Source: Bacilli bacterium
GTDB taxonomy: Bacteria; Bacillota_I; Bacilli_A; RF39; UBA660
Direction of reading: 5' to 3'
Assembly: GCA_017460175.1 (NCBI GenBank)
Contig: JAFUBO010000003.1
Location: 96,651-160,650, forward strand
Length of the DNA stretch: 64,000 nucleotides
Part shown: positions 8,992 to 18,010 of the stretch, in pieces
How positions within the stretch are numbered: the stretch's first letter is position 1
Layout: each line of letters opens with the position of its first letter
Translations under genes and position numbers: made by a program
The notes under the pieces: generated by a model
The model's input: the letters and a program-made list of their open reading frames with translations, nothing else
What the model was told of the DNA's origin: nothing
Database searches by the model: none

Positions 8992-10641
8992 ATGAAAGAT
9001 GTAACAATGAAAAAAAGTGGTTTTATTAATGGAGCTTTAATTACAACATTAGGTATTGTAATAGCTAAAGTATTAGGTATTGTTTATGTTGTTCCTTTTC
9101 ATGAATTGATTGGTGATAAGGGAGGAGCCTTGTATGGTTATGCATATACTATCTATACTCTATTTATGTCTTTAGCTTCAGCAGGAGTTCCTTTAGCTAT
9201 ATCTAAATTGGTAAGTGAATATCAAACTGAAGGATATTATAATGCAAAAAACCGTGTTTTTGTAATTGGAAAAAAGATATCTTTATTATTAGGGTTTATT
9301 TGTTTTATAATTATAGTTTTTACAGCTCCATTACTTGCAAAGGCTATACTTGGTAATGCTTTTGGAGGAAATACAATAGAGGATGTTACTTATGTTATAA
9401 GAGTAATAGCAATTGCTATTTTAATTGTACCTACTTTAAGTATTTATAGGGGATATTTTGAAGGGCATAAATTATTTAGTCCTCCTTCAATATCTCAAGT
9501 TATAGAACAGATTGTAAGGGTTTTAGTAATTATTTTTGGTAGCTATTTAGCATTAAAAGTATTTAAATTAAATTTAACTACTTCGGTTGGGATTGCTTTG
9601 TTTGGTGCTTCAATTGGAGCGATAATTTCTTATATTTATTTAGTAGATAAGTATTTGAAAAATAGGAAAATTTTTAAAGAAAGAATTAGAAAAGTAAATG
9701 AACCTAAGATTACTGACAAAGCAATATTTAGAAAGATATGTTATTATGCTATACCATTTATTTTAATAGATGTATTTAAAGCATCATATAATTATGTTGA
9801 TATGGTTACTGTTGTTAAGAATTTAGTTAAATATGCCAGTTTTAAGACAGCAGATGCAGAAATCATTTATTCAATGCTTTCTACGTGGTCTAATAAATTC
9901 AATATGATAATACTTGCTGTTTCTACTGGGGTAGTAGTTAGTTTAATTCCAAATTTAACTGAAAGTATTGTAAAAAAAGATAAAGATAAGATTGAAAATA
10001 AAATAAATCAATCTTTAGTAGTACTTTTATTCTTAATTGTACCTATGACTTTAGGTATTAGTTTTTTGGCTAAACCTATTTGGATTTTATTTTATGGTAA
10101 TAGTACTTTTGGACCTAGTGTATTAAGCTTTTATATATTTGTAGGATTCTTTATATCACTATTTACTTGTTTAGTAACAATAATACAAGTATTAAAAGAT
10201 TATAAGATAGTTTTAATAAGTTTATTATCAGGATTAGTAATAAAAATACTTTTAAATAAGTATTTGTTGGTAAGTTTTTATAAATTGAATTTACCAGCTT
10301 ATTATGGAGTAATAACTGCTAGTATAATTGGTTATTTTATTTCTTCAATTATATGTTTAATAATACTTAGAAGAAAATATAACATTAATTTAGAGGGTGT
10401 GGTTAAGAATTTTATTGATATTATGTGTGGATCTTTATTAATGATTCTTGTTTTGATGATAATTAAGTTATTTATCCCAATAACTGCATCTACTAGAATA
10501 GGTAATATAGTAATTATATTAATATATGCTTTGATAGGAATAATTACTTATTTTGTATATGGTTATTTTTCTAAATTAACTAGAAAAGTATTTGGTAAAG
10601 ATATATTTAAGGTATTATATGGATTAATTATAAGAAAATAA
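8992..10641 (+). CDS. murJ: MOP-superfamily flippase, YtgP/MurJ-like lipid II flippase
   Basis: About 14 TM; N-terminal FINGALITTLGIVIAKVLGIVYVVPF, GVPLAISKLVSEY, RGYFEG, SQVIEQIVRV typical of the YtgP/SpoVB group. Start uncertain (8983-9007). Confidence 0.75.
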   Translation: MKDVTMKKSGFINGALITTLGIVIAKVLGIVYVVPFHELIGDKGGALYGYAYTIYTLFMSLASAGVPLAISKLVSEYQTEGYYNAKNRVFVIGKKISLLLGFICFIIIVFTAPLLAKAILGNAFGGNTIEDVTYVIRVIAIAILIVPTLSIYRGYFEGHKLFSPPSISQVIEQIVRVLVIIFGSYLALKVFKLNLTTSVGIALFGASIGAIISYIYLVDKYLKNRKIFKERIRKVNEPKITDKAIFRKICYYAIPFILIDVFKASYNYVDMVTVVKNLVKYASFKTADAEIIYSMLSTWSNKFNMIILAVSTGVVVSLIPNLTESIVKKDKDKIENKINQSLVVLLFLIVPMTLGISFLAKPIWILFYGNSTFGPSVLSFYIFVGFFISLFTCLVTIIQVLKDYKIVLISLLSGLVIKILLNKYLLVSFYKLNLPAYYGVITASIIGYFISSIICLIILRRKYNINLEGVVKNFIDIMCGSLLMILVLMIIKLFIPITASTRIGNIVIILIYALIGIITYFVYGYFSKLTRKVFGKDIFKVLYGLIIRK

Positions 10642-10663
10642 AAAGAAGCTTTATGCTTCTTTT
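10641..10663. terminator. Bidirectional terminator between murJ and femABX
   Basis: AAAAGAAGC-TTTAT-GCTTCTTTT between convergent genes. Confidence 0.8.
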
Positions 10664-11954
10664 AATTTTTACCTATTTTCTTAATACCATGGTATGTACC
10701 AAAAGCTAATTTATATATTCTATACCAGAATTTTGATACTACTAAATCATATTCTCCAATTAATTCTACTACATGTCCACCAAATGATTTTTTAAATAGA
10801 TATAATCCATATAAAGGATTTTCTTTTCTAAAGTCTCCAGTAATACCATAGAAATTATATCTTTTATAGTGATTGTCTATAGCATATTTAACTCCGGCAT
10901 AGTGAACACTGTAGGCTGATTGGAATTGCATTAAGTTATCATCAGTTCCTCCAAATAGTGATAATACTTCATCACCATAGATTAGGAATAGGATAGTACC
11001 TAATACTTTAGTATCTCCATATTCTTTTTTGTATTCTTTTATTTTATCAATTTGTTTTTTTAATCTTTCTATAGAATCGTTATCTTGTTTATTTGAAGAA
11101 GTATATTTCTTCTCATTCATTTGAAGTAGATTATTATCATGTTTATATATTCTATCTTTTAAAGATTTTTCTACTTCACTAAGTTCATTCTTAGTATTTT
11201 CTAAGTACTTATTAAAATCAATTTCTCCGATTAAGATTTTTAAGATACCAGAATCATGTAGGGAATCCCACATAGCTTCATAATATGATAGTGGTCTATC
11301 TATGAAGTCTCTTCTATCTCCAGTATGTTCCATAATTGATTTAAATAGAGGTAGTTCATCTCTTGTGATTTCTCTAGTTGTGATACATGCTTTTTCATTT
11401 TTTCTAAGTATTTGTCTTGTTTTAGATTCCATGTCTTTTTGTACTTCTTCTTCGCTTCTTCCATTTATTTCAATTACATGCATCCATCTAGGTTGAAGAG
11501 TATCTTGCATTAAGTTAAATCCATGAAATTTATAACCTAGTTTTTTTAAGTTTTCTACAGATTGTTTATTATTATAACCATCTTCAACAATATTTCCATC
11601 ATTATCACGTTCTTGATATTCTACATATGGATCTATTTTTACAAATATAGCATTTTTACTTTTAGCCCATTCTTTTATTTTATCTGTGAATTCTTTTAAT
11701 AAATCATAATTATTATAATCAATTAAGAAACCACGTGGTGAATAAAACATTATTTTATTAATAATAGGAACTTTTTTAGCTAGAAGTAGAGCACAAGCTT
11801 TACTTTTTCCTTTATCTTCTAAAGATACATAGAAACTATCCCAACCATTAGTCTTTTTTAAGTGACCCCATTCTTTAGTTTGATGGAATGTTACTTGTGG
11901 ATTTTTGTCTGCTATTTTTTTAAATTGTTCTTCTGTTAATTCCTTTAATTCCAT
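10662..11954 (-). CDS. FemABX/MurMN-family peptidoglycan bridge peptidyltransferase
   Basis: FHQTKEWG, YSPRGFLID, FVKIDP, QPRW, coiled-coil insertion, YNFYGITG, LFKKSFGG. Confidence 0.92.
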   Translation of the reverse strand: MELKELTEEQFKKIADKNPQVTFHQTKEWGHLKKTNGWDSFYVSLEDKGKSKACALLLAKKVPIINKIMFYSPRGFLIDYNNYDLLKEFTDKIKEWAKSKNAIFVKIDPYVEYQERDNDGNIVEDGYNNKQSVENLKKLGYKFHGFNLMQDTLQPRWMHVIEINGRSEEEVQKDMESKTRQILRKNEKACITTREITRDELPLFKSIMEHTGDRRDFIDRPLSYYEAMWDSLHDSGILKILIGEIDFNKYLENTKNELSEVEKSLKDRIYKHDNNLLQMNEKKYTSSNKQDNDSIERLKKQIDKIKEYKKEYGDTKVLGTILFLIYGDEVLSLFGGTDDNLMQFQSAYSVHYAGVKYAIDNHYKRYNFYGITGDFRKENPLYGLYLFKKSFGGHVVELIGEYDLVVSKFWYRIYKLAFGTYHGIKKIGKN

Positions 11955-11956
11955 AT

Positions 11957-13177
11957 TTATTCTCCTTTATTATGTTTTACTTTTGTATGATTAATAAATT
12001 TAGAAATTTTTCTTTTTATTGGTATTAATATACTAAATATAGTATAAATTGGTTTATTTGTGATATACATGAATTCTCCAATGAATTCAGTATATTCTCC
12101 ACCAAATTTTTGTTTAAATTCATGAAGTGAAGCACCACTCTTTTTAGAATTAGGCTTACCTACAGTACCAAATTCATCTAATAAGTCTTTACCTAAGTTA
12201 TGTGCTAGCATAATTTGATAATCAAATAATTTATAATTTGCGAAACAATCTTTGAAGTCCATATCATTAGCTCCATAAAGGTACCAACTCTTATTACCAT
12301 ATTCAATATTTATATAACTACTAACTACTTGAATATCTCCATTATTTTTTAATTCAGTATAGTGATTAATTAATCCTTCTAGTTTTTCTTTTCTTGATTC
12401 ATCTTCTTTTAACTCTTTATTTAATTCTTCTAAGACATCATTTATATTTACTTTAGCTAGTAATAAATAAATCATATCTTCTTTTTCTAATATATCGTAT
12501 AGTTTAGGATAAAAGTCATAGTTATGAGAGAAAAAGCCTTGCCTTTTCTCAGTCATTTTCATAAGTCTTATAAATTCATTTAATTCATCTTTTTTCCCTG
12601 TATAAGCTTCTACTTTAAACTTATCAGCTGTTTTTATCCAACGTCTAACACTTTTTGAATAATTTTTTCTAATTTCTTCTTCATCTATTTTAGTATTAAC
12701 TCTAAAAGTAAACCTAGGTTGATTTCCTTCAAAGAAATAATTTAATTTTTTATGTTTATAACCGATACTTTTTAAGAAATTAACTAATTTATAATTATCT
12801 TCTCCATCTATTTTATTAGCATCTTTATCTATTGTGTGTAATTTTATATCTGGATCTATTAAGAAGTATAATGATTTATGTTTCTTTGTATACTTAGATA
12901 TTTCTTCTGAAATAAACTTTAATAATTCTTCATTATCATAGTCTAATACAAATCCTCTAGGTATATAAAAGTAAGTATAACCTAGTAATAGTTTCTTTTC
13001 TAAAAGAAGTGCAGTAGCGACAATTTTATCATTTTCTTTTACACCTAAGTAATGAGGAATTTGACCTCTTACTTTACTTACTTCTCCCCAAGCATAACTA
13101 TGTAGGAAGTGTGATCTTATATGATTTTTTGTGAATTTTTCATATTCTTCTTTTTCTAGCGTTACTAATTTATACAT
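11957..13177 (-). CDS. FemABX/MurMN-family peptidoglycan bridge peptidyltransferase
   Basis: HFLHSYAWG, YIPRGFVLDY, FLIDPD, QPRF, WYLYGA, FKQKFGG; 2 nt from its paralog. Confidence 0.92.
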   Translation of the reverse strand: MYKLVTLEKEEYEKFTKNHIRSHFLHSYAWGEVSKVRGQIPHYLGVKENDKIVATALLLEKKLLLGYTYFYIPRGFVLDYDNEELLKFISEEISKYTKKHKSLYFLIDPDIKLHTIDKDANKIDGEDNYKLVNFLKSIGYKHKKLNYFFEGNQPRFTFRVNTKIDEEEIRKNYSKSVRRWIKTADKFKVEAYTGKKDELNEFIRLMKMTEKRQGFFSHNYDFYPKLYDILEKEDMIYLLLAKVNINDVLEELNKELKEDESRKEKLEGLINHYTELKNNGDIQVVSSYINIEYGNKSWYLYGANDMDFKDCFANYKLFDYQIMLAHNLGKDLLDEFGTVGKPNSKKSGASLHEFKQKFGGEYTEFIGEFMYITNKPIYTIFSILIPIKRKISKFINHTKVKHNKGE

Positions 13178-13291
13178 TTATATCACCTTCTTTATTAGTA
13201 TATCATAAATGTTTTAAATAGTATAATTTTTATAGGAATAATATGAATAATGGTTTATAATAAAAATATATTTATATAAATGAGGGATTTT

Positions 13292-14404
13292 ATGAAAAAT
13301 AGTAGAGAAAAAATAGTTGTTAGAACTAGTATAATTAGTATTATTTCAAATATAATTCTTGCGGGATTTAAAGTTTTTGTTGGGATGCTTGCTAATTCAA
13401 TTGCGATTATTTCTGATGCAATTAATAATTTGAGTGATGCATTATCAAGTATTATTACCATATTAGGTACTAAATTAGCGGGTAAGGCACCTGATAGAAA
13501 TCATCCATATGGATACGGAAGAATTGAATATATGACTTCATTAGTTGTTTCTATAATAGTTTTATATGCAGGTATTACAGCGTTAATTGAGTCAGTAAAG
13601 AAAATAATTCATCCAGAACTTCCTGATTATAGTATTATTACATTAATTATTTTAATTAGTGGTATTATAGTTAAATTTATATTAGGAATATATGTTAAAA
13701 AAACTGGAAAGAAAGTTAATTCTGATTCATTAGTAGCTAGTGGTAGTGATGCATTTAATGATGCAATACTATCTATATCAGTATTAGTTTCTGCGATTAT
13801 TTATATGATATTTAAAGTAAATATAGAAGCTTATGTTGGTGCAATACTTTCAGTATTTATTATAAAGTCAGGATTAGAATTAATAAAAGAAGCAGTTGAT
13901 AATATGTTAGGAACTAGAGTAGAGAGTAGTCTTACTAGGTCAATAAAAAAAGAAATTATGAAAGAAAAAGAAGTAGAAGGAGTATATGATTTATTATTAA
14001 ATGATTATGGTCCTGATAAATATTTGGGTTCTGTTCATATAGAAGTTATTGATACATTAACTGTAGCTGATATAGATAAAATTTCAAGAAAAATTTCAAA
14101 GGTAATATTAGAAAAATATGGAGTAATACTTCATACAATAGGTGTATATTCTGTTAATACTAAAGATGAAAAAGTAATTAAAGTTAGAAAAGATATTACT
14201 AAAATAGTTTTTTCTCATAAAGGTATTCTACAAATGCATGGATTTTATTTAGATGAAATTGAAAAGACTATTAGTTTTGATATAATTATTGATTTTAAAG
14301 TAAAAAATAAAGAAGAATTATATAAAGAAATATATGATGAAGTGTTTAATAAATATAAAGATTATAAAATTGAAATAACATTAGATATTGATGTTAGTGA
14401 TTAA
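13292..14404 (+). CDS. Cation diffusion facilitator, MntE-like (ND-DD site), extended C-terminal region
   Basis: SDAINNLSD (TM2), HPYGYGRIE, SDAFNDA (TM5). Start moved to ATG 13292 behind GAGGGA. Confidence 0.9.
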   Translation: MKNSREKIVVRTSIISIISNIILAGFKVFVGMLANSIAIISDAINNLSDALSSIITILGTKLAGKAPDRNHPYGYGRIEYMTSLVVSIIVLYAGITALIESVKKIIHPELPDYSIITLIILISGIIVKFILGIYVKKTGKKVNSDSLVASGSDAFNDAILSISVLVSAIIYMIFKVNIEAYVGAILSVFIIKSGLELIKEAVDNMLGTRVESSLTRSIKKEIMKEKEVEGVYDLLLNDYGPDKYLGSVHIEVIDTLTVADIDKISRKISKVILEKYGVILHTIGVYSVNTKDEKVIKVRKDITKIVFSHKGILQMHGFYLDEIEKTISFDIIIDFKVKNKEELYKEIYDEVFNKYKDYKIEITLDIDVSD

Positions 14405-14430
14405 AAAAAAGAGGATAATTCCTCTTTTTT
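14403..14430. terminator. Bidirectional terminator
   Basis: AAAAAAAGAGGA-TAAT-TCCTCTTTTTT between convergent ORFs. Confidence 0.8.
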
Positions 14431-14591
14431 TATATCATATAGTAACTATCATCTTTTTTTAAATAGTTTTTATCTTTGTTTTCTAATTCTTGTATTTTTT
14501 CTTCTAATTTATTTATTCTTTCTTTTAATCTAAATATTTCCTCTTGTATATTTATGAAATAAGGAGGAAAAGGATAAGAAAAATTATTCAT
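14430..14591 (-). CDS. Small hypothetical coiled-coil protein, 53 aa
   Basis: My translation: MNNFSYPFPPYFINIQEEIFRLKERINKLEEKIQELENKDKNYLKKDDSYYMI; GAGTGAT SD; ends at the shared terminator. Not in ORF track. Confidence 0.7.
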   Translation of the reverse strand: MNNFSYPFPPYFINIQEEIFRLKERINKLEEKIQELENKDKNYLKKDDSYYMI

Positions 14592-14642
14592 ATTATCACT
14601 CTTTCATAGTATTTTATGATAAAATAAGAAATAGGTGATTAT

Positions 14643-15278
14643 ATGCGTCTTAGAAATGTTAAAAATAAAAAAGAAATTATGGATAATTCTAATTATTTGG
14701 TTAAGCACCCAGAAGAATATAAAGGTAAATGGAATAAATTATTTAATAATTCTAATCCAATATATATAGAAATTGGTATGGGTAAGGGTAAATTCATTAT
14801 AGATAATGCTTTAAAGTATCCGGATATTAATTTTATAGGTATTGAAAAGTATGATAGTGTTATTGCTAAAGGTCTTCAAAAAATACCTGATGGTTTAAAT
14901 AATTTGTTAATGGTTAGATGGGATGCTTTGAATATTAATGATATTTTTTCTAAAGAAATAGATAGAATATACCTTAATTTCTCAGATCCATGGCCTAAAA
15001 CACGTCATCATTTAAGAAGATTATCTAGTAGATTATTTTTAGAAAAATATGAATATATATTTAAATCTAATAAAATAATAGAAATGAGAACTGATAATAG
15101 GGATTTATTTCAATATTCATTAGTTAGTTTTAGTGAAGCAGGTTATGTTTTAGAAAAAGTGAGTTTAGATTTGCATACTGATGATATGCCAGAGATAACT
15201 ACTGAATATGAAGATAAATTTTCTAATGATGGTATGCCTATATACTATGTTATGTGTAATAAAGATGTAAATAAATAG
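14643..15278 (+). CDS. trmB: tRNA (guanine-N7)-methyltransferase
   Basis: IEIGMGKG, INFIGIE, LNFSDPWPKTRH, RTDN, TEYEDKF. Confidence 0.97.
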   Translation: MRLRNVKNKKEIMDNSNYLVKHPEEYKGKWNKLFNNSNPIYIEIGMGKGKFIIDNALKYPDINFIGIEKYDSVIAKGLQKIPDGLNNLLMVRWDALNINDIFSKEIDRIYLNFSDPWPKTRHHLRRLSSRLFLEKYEYIFKSNKIIEMRTDNRDLFQYSLVSFSEAGYVLEKVSLDLHTDDMPEITTEYEDKFSNDGMPIYYVMCNKDVNK

Positions 15279-15334
15279 AAAATGATTTCACATTTATAAA
15301 AAAAATGTTATAATGAAATAAGAGTAGGTGAAAT

Positions 15335-15994
15335 ATGAAAAAATTAATTGTTTTACTCTCTATTGTTACTGTTTTAGTAACTGGTTGTAGTGTTTATAAA
15401 CTTGATAATAATAATATTGGTAAAAATATTAAAACACTTATGTCAGAAAAAGTGAAAATGTACAATGTTTATTATGAAGGATATAAGTATTATTTACCTA
15501 AGGGTATAGGATTTATTGATAAAGAAGATTATAATGCTATACTTAAGGATAGAAATAATAATAAATATTATTTATATATTGATGCTATTAGTTATTATCA
15601 TAAAATAGAAAATAAATATGAAATAAAAAATGATACTCATTATTCTAAAATATTAAATTATAATGGTAAAACTGGTTATATTCAAATAGATAAAGTTGAT
15701 GATAAATACTTTATACAGTTTGTATATAATTATGCTAAAATGGAAGCTTATGTAAAAGAAGAAGATTTAGTTGATGTTATTACTAATATGTGTTTAATAC
15801 TTAGAACCGTTAAATATAACGATGCTGTTTTAGAAAGTTTAATTGGGGAAAATAAATTAAATTATAAAGAAGAAGATTATACTTTATTTAAAGCTAATTC
15901 TTCAAAAGAGTCTTTCTTAGATGTAGTAGAAAGAGAAGAAACTGATAAATATAAGAAAGATTTAGAAGATGAAAAAATTGATTTAGAGGATTAA
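15335..15994 (+). CDS. Hypothetical lipoprotein
   Basis: Basic N-terminus, hydrophobic core and lipobox VTGC. Confidence 0.75.
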   Translation: MKKLIVLLSIVTVLVTGCSVYKLDNNNIGKNIKTLMSEKVKMYNVYYEGYKYYLPKGIGFIDKEDYNAILKDRNNNKYYLYIDAISYYHKIENKYEIKNDTHYSKILNYNGKTGYIQIDKVDDKYFIQFVYNYAKMEAYVKEEDLVDVITNMCLILRTVKYNDAVLESLIGENKLNYKEEDYTLFKANSSKESFLDVVEREETDKYKKDLEDEKIDLED

Positions 15995-16011
15995 AGTAAA
16001 GAGGTGAAATC

Positions 16012-17028
16012 ATGGGCGTATTAGATAAAATAAAAAATGCACTATTTGAAGTAGAGTATGTAGAAGTTGAAGAACCACCTAAAAAGGAAAAAAAGGTTAA
16101 AGATAAAAAAGAAAAGAAAGAAAAAATAGAAGAAAAACCTATAGCTAAAAAAATTGTTCTTCCTGGTAAGAAAGAAGAAAAGGTTGAAGAATTAAAAGAA
16201 GAAGAATTAAAGGATGAAGATTTTGAAATTAGACCTAAAGAAGAAAAACCAAAAGAAGAATTTAAATTTATGGATGATAATGATTTCAAAGTTGATGATG
16301 GTCCTGAGTATTTGAATGAATATGTAGAACCTGAAATAGTAGAGAACAAATCATTATATGGTGAAGTAAAAGAAGAAAAATTTGAAGATTATACTACTAC
16401 TAATAATTATTATAATAATCCTAGTTATACGACAAGTCATGAACCCAACTTATATGGTATGAATAATTCATATAATGTTCCTGTTCATCAATATGGTACT
16501 TATGAGAAAGAAGAAAAAATGTATTTTAAACCAAGTCCAATTATTTCACCAATTTATGGTATTTTAGATAAAAACTATAAAAAGGAAGATGTTAAAGAAA
16601 AAAAAGAAATACGACTTAGTGGTTATACTAGAAGTAATATGAATGTTGATGATATTAGAAAAAAGGCTTATGGAGAAGATAAAAATAAAGAAGAAGAAAA
16701 AGAAGAAATTAAGTTTGAAGTAGAAGAAAAAGAAGACGACAACGTAATGGTTGATTTAAGTAATAAAACTAAACCAGAAGTTAAGGAATTAACAATGGGT
16801 GATGCAGAAGAATATTTTGAAGATTTAGGGTTAGAATATAATGTAGATTATGTTGATGTTAGTACAGATAGAAAAACACCTAAAAGAGAAACACCAAAAG
16901 TAGAAGAAAAATTAGAAGAACTAGAAGATTTTTCTGAACCTGTTGTAGAAGAAAAGGAAAAAGTAAGTGATGTTTCTTCTGATAATGATAATTTATTTGA
17001 TTTAATTGATTCAATGTATCAAGACTAA
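16012..17028 (+). CDS. Acidic, low-complexity protein resembling the SftA N-terminal region without a motor domain
   Basis: Amphipathic MGVLDKIKNALF start; YFKPSPIISPIYG motif at 16522-16560; sits upstream of ytxG/ytxH like B. subtilis sftA; no Walker motifs. Confidence 0.5.
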   Translation: MGVLDKIKNALFEVEYVEVEEPPKKEKKVKDKKEKKEKIEEKPIAKKIVLPGKKEEKVEELKEEELKDEDFEIRPKEEKPKEEFKFMDDNDFKVDDGPEYLNEYVEPEIVENKSLYGEVKEEKFEDYTTTNNYYNNPSYTTSHEPNLYGMNNSYNVPVHQYGTYEKEEKMYFKPSPIISPIYGILDKNYKKEDVKEKKEIRLSGYTRSNMNVDDIRKKAYGEDKNKEEEKEEIKFEVEEKEDDNVMVDLSNKTKPEVKELTMGDAEEYFEDLGLEYNVDYVDVSTDRKTPKRETPKVEEKLEELEDFSEPVVEEKEKVSDVSSDNDNLFDLIDSMYQD

Positions 17029-17045
17029 TAGAAAGGGGAAATAAA

Positions 17046-17336
17046 ATGGAATTTTTAAATCAGTTTTTACCTATACTATTATATATAGCAGGTATTGTAT
17101 TATTAATTGTATTAATTATTCTTGGAATCAAGACTATTAAGATTCTAGATGATGTAGAAGATGTGGTAGATAATGTTCAAGAAAAAATTGATTCATTTGA
17201 TGGAGCAATTACTGTATTAAGTAAAGCAGCAAATGGTTTTGCGGGTATTAGTAATTCCATAGTTAGTGGACTTACTGCAGCTGTTGCAAAAATATTTAGT
17301 AAGAAAGTAAAAGAGGAGGATGATATTTATGAGTAA
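17046..17336 (+). CDS. YtxG/DUF948-like membrane-anchored stress protein
   Basis: N-terminal TM plus heptad region; directly before a YtxH gene. Confidence 0.6.
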   Translation: MEFLNQFLPILLYIAGIVLLIVLIILGIKTIKILDDVEDVVDNVQEKIDSFDGAITVLSKAANGFAGISNSIVSGLTAAVAKIFSKKVKEEDDIYE

Positions 17337-17742
17337 AAAGAGACATTATGGAGGATTTATTTTAGGAGCTCTTGCAGGAGCAGGTTTAGGTTTATTATTT
17401 GCACCTAAGAGTGGAAGTGAATTAAGAAAAGATTTAAAGAAAAAATTAGATGAGTTATTAGATCAAGCTAAAAATATTGATATTGAAGAAGTAAAAGAAC
17501 AATTTGACAAAAAAGTAGCTGAAATCAAAGAAGAATTAGCTGATATGGATAAAGAAAAAGCTTTAGCTATTGCTAAGAAAAAAGGAAATCAAGCTAAAAA
17601 GAAGGCTGAGGAATTAGTTGAACTTGCTAAAGAAAAGGGAACTCCTGCATTAATAAATACAGCTGAAAAAGTATTAGAAAATGTTATCAAAGTATCAAAA
17701 GATGCTTTAAAGAAATTAGAAAAAGCTCAAGAAGAGAAATAA
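17329..17742 (+). CDS. ytxH: YtxH-family general stress protein
   Basis: GFILGALAGAGLGLLFAPKSGSELRKDL signature. Start moved to 17329 (SD GAGGAGG). Confidence 0.9.
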   Translation: MSKKRHYGGFILGALAGAGLGLLFAPKSGSELRKDLKKKLDELLDQAKNIDIEEVKEQFDKKVAEIKEELADMDKEKALAIAKKKGNQAKKKAEELVELAKEKGTPALINTAEKVLENVIKVSKDALKKLEKAQEEK

Positions 17743-17770
17743 AAAGTCAAATATTTGACTTTTTATTTTT
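17741..17770 (+). terminator. Terminator after ytxH
   Basis: AAAAAGTCAAA-TA-TTTGACTTTTT plus T run. Confidence 0.75.
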
Positions 17771-17799
17771 TTATGATAAAATATAGTTAAGTTTTTGGT

Positions 17800-17993
17800 G
17801 AGAAAGATTTAGTAGTAAAATAATTATTATTTAGAGATCTAATGGTTGGTGAAAATTAGAAATATTATTTTATGAAATACACCTTTTTAGAAAACATCGT
17901 TTACTGCGTTAAAGTTTAAGTGCATAGATTACTATGAATTAAGGTGGTACCGCGAATAATTCGTCCTTAGGATTGATTATTTCGCGTTTTTTT
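17800..17993 (+). ncRNA. T-box riboswitch, Tyr specifier (UAC)
   Basis: AGAGA and GGTTGGTGAAA motifs; specifier TAC at 17878-17880; T-box AATTAAGGTGGTACCGCG 17937-17954; terminator CGCGAATAAT...ATTATTTCGCG plus T run. 5' boundary approximate. Confidence 0.93.
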
Positions 17994-18010
17994 ATGAAGG
18001 AGGAATGAAT

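Noticed and set aside
15894-16349. 151-aa minus-strand ORF in the track
   Set aside because: Ser/Phe-rich antisense shadow of the Glu/Lys-rich plus-strand gene; no SD.
4769-17993. Sequence similarity between the two T-box leaders as a repeat or mobile element
   Set aside because: Shared segments are exactly the conserved T-box motifs; specifiers differ as expected (CUU vs UAC).
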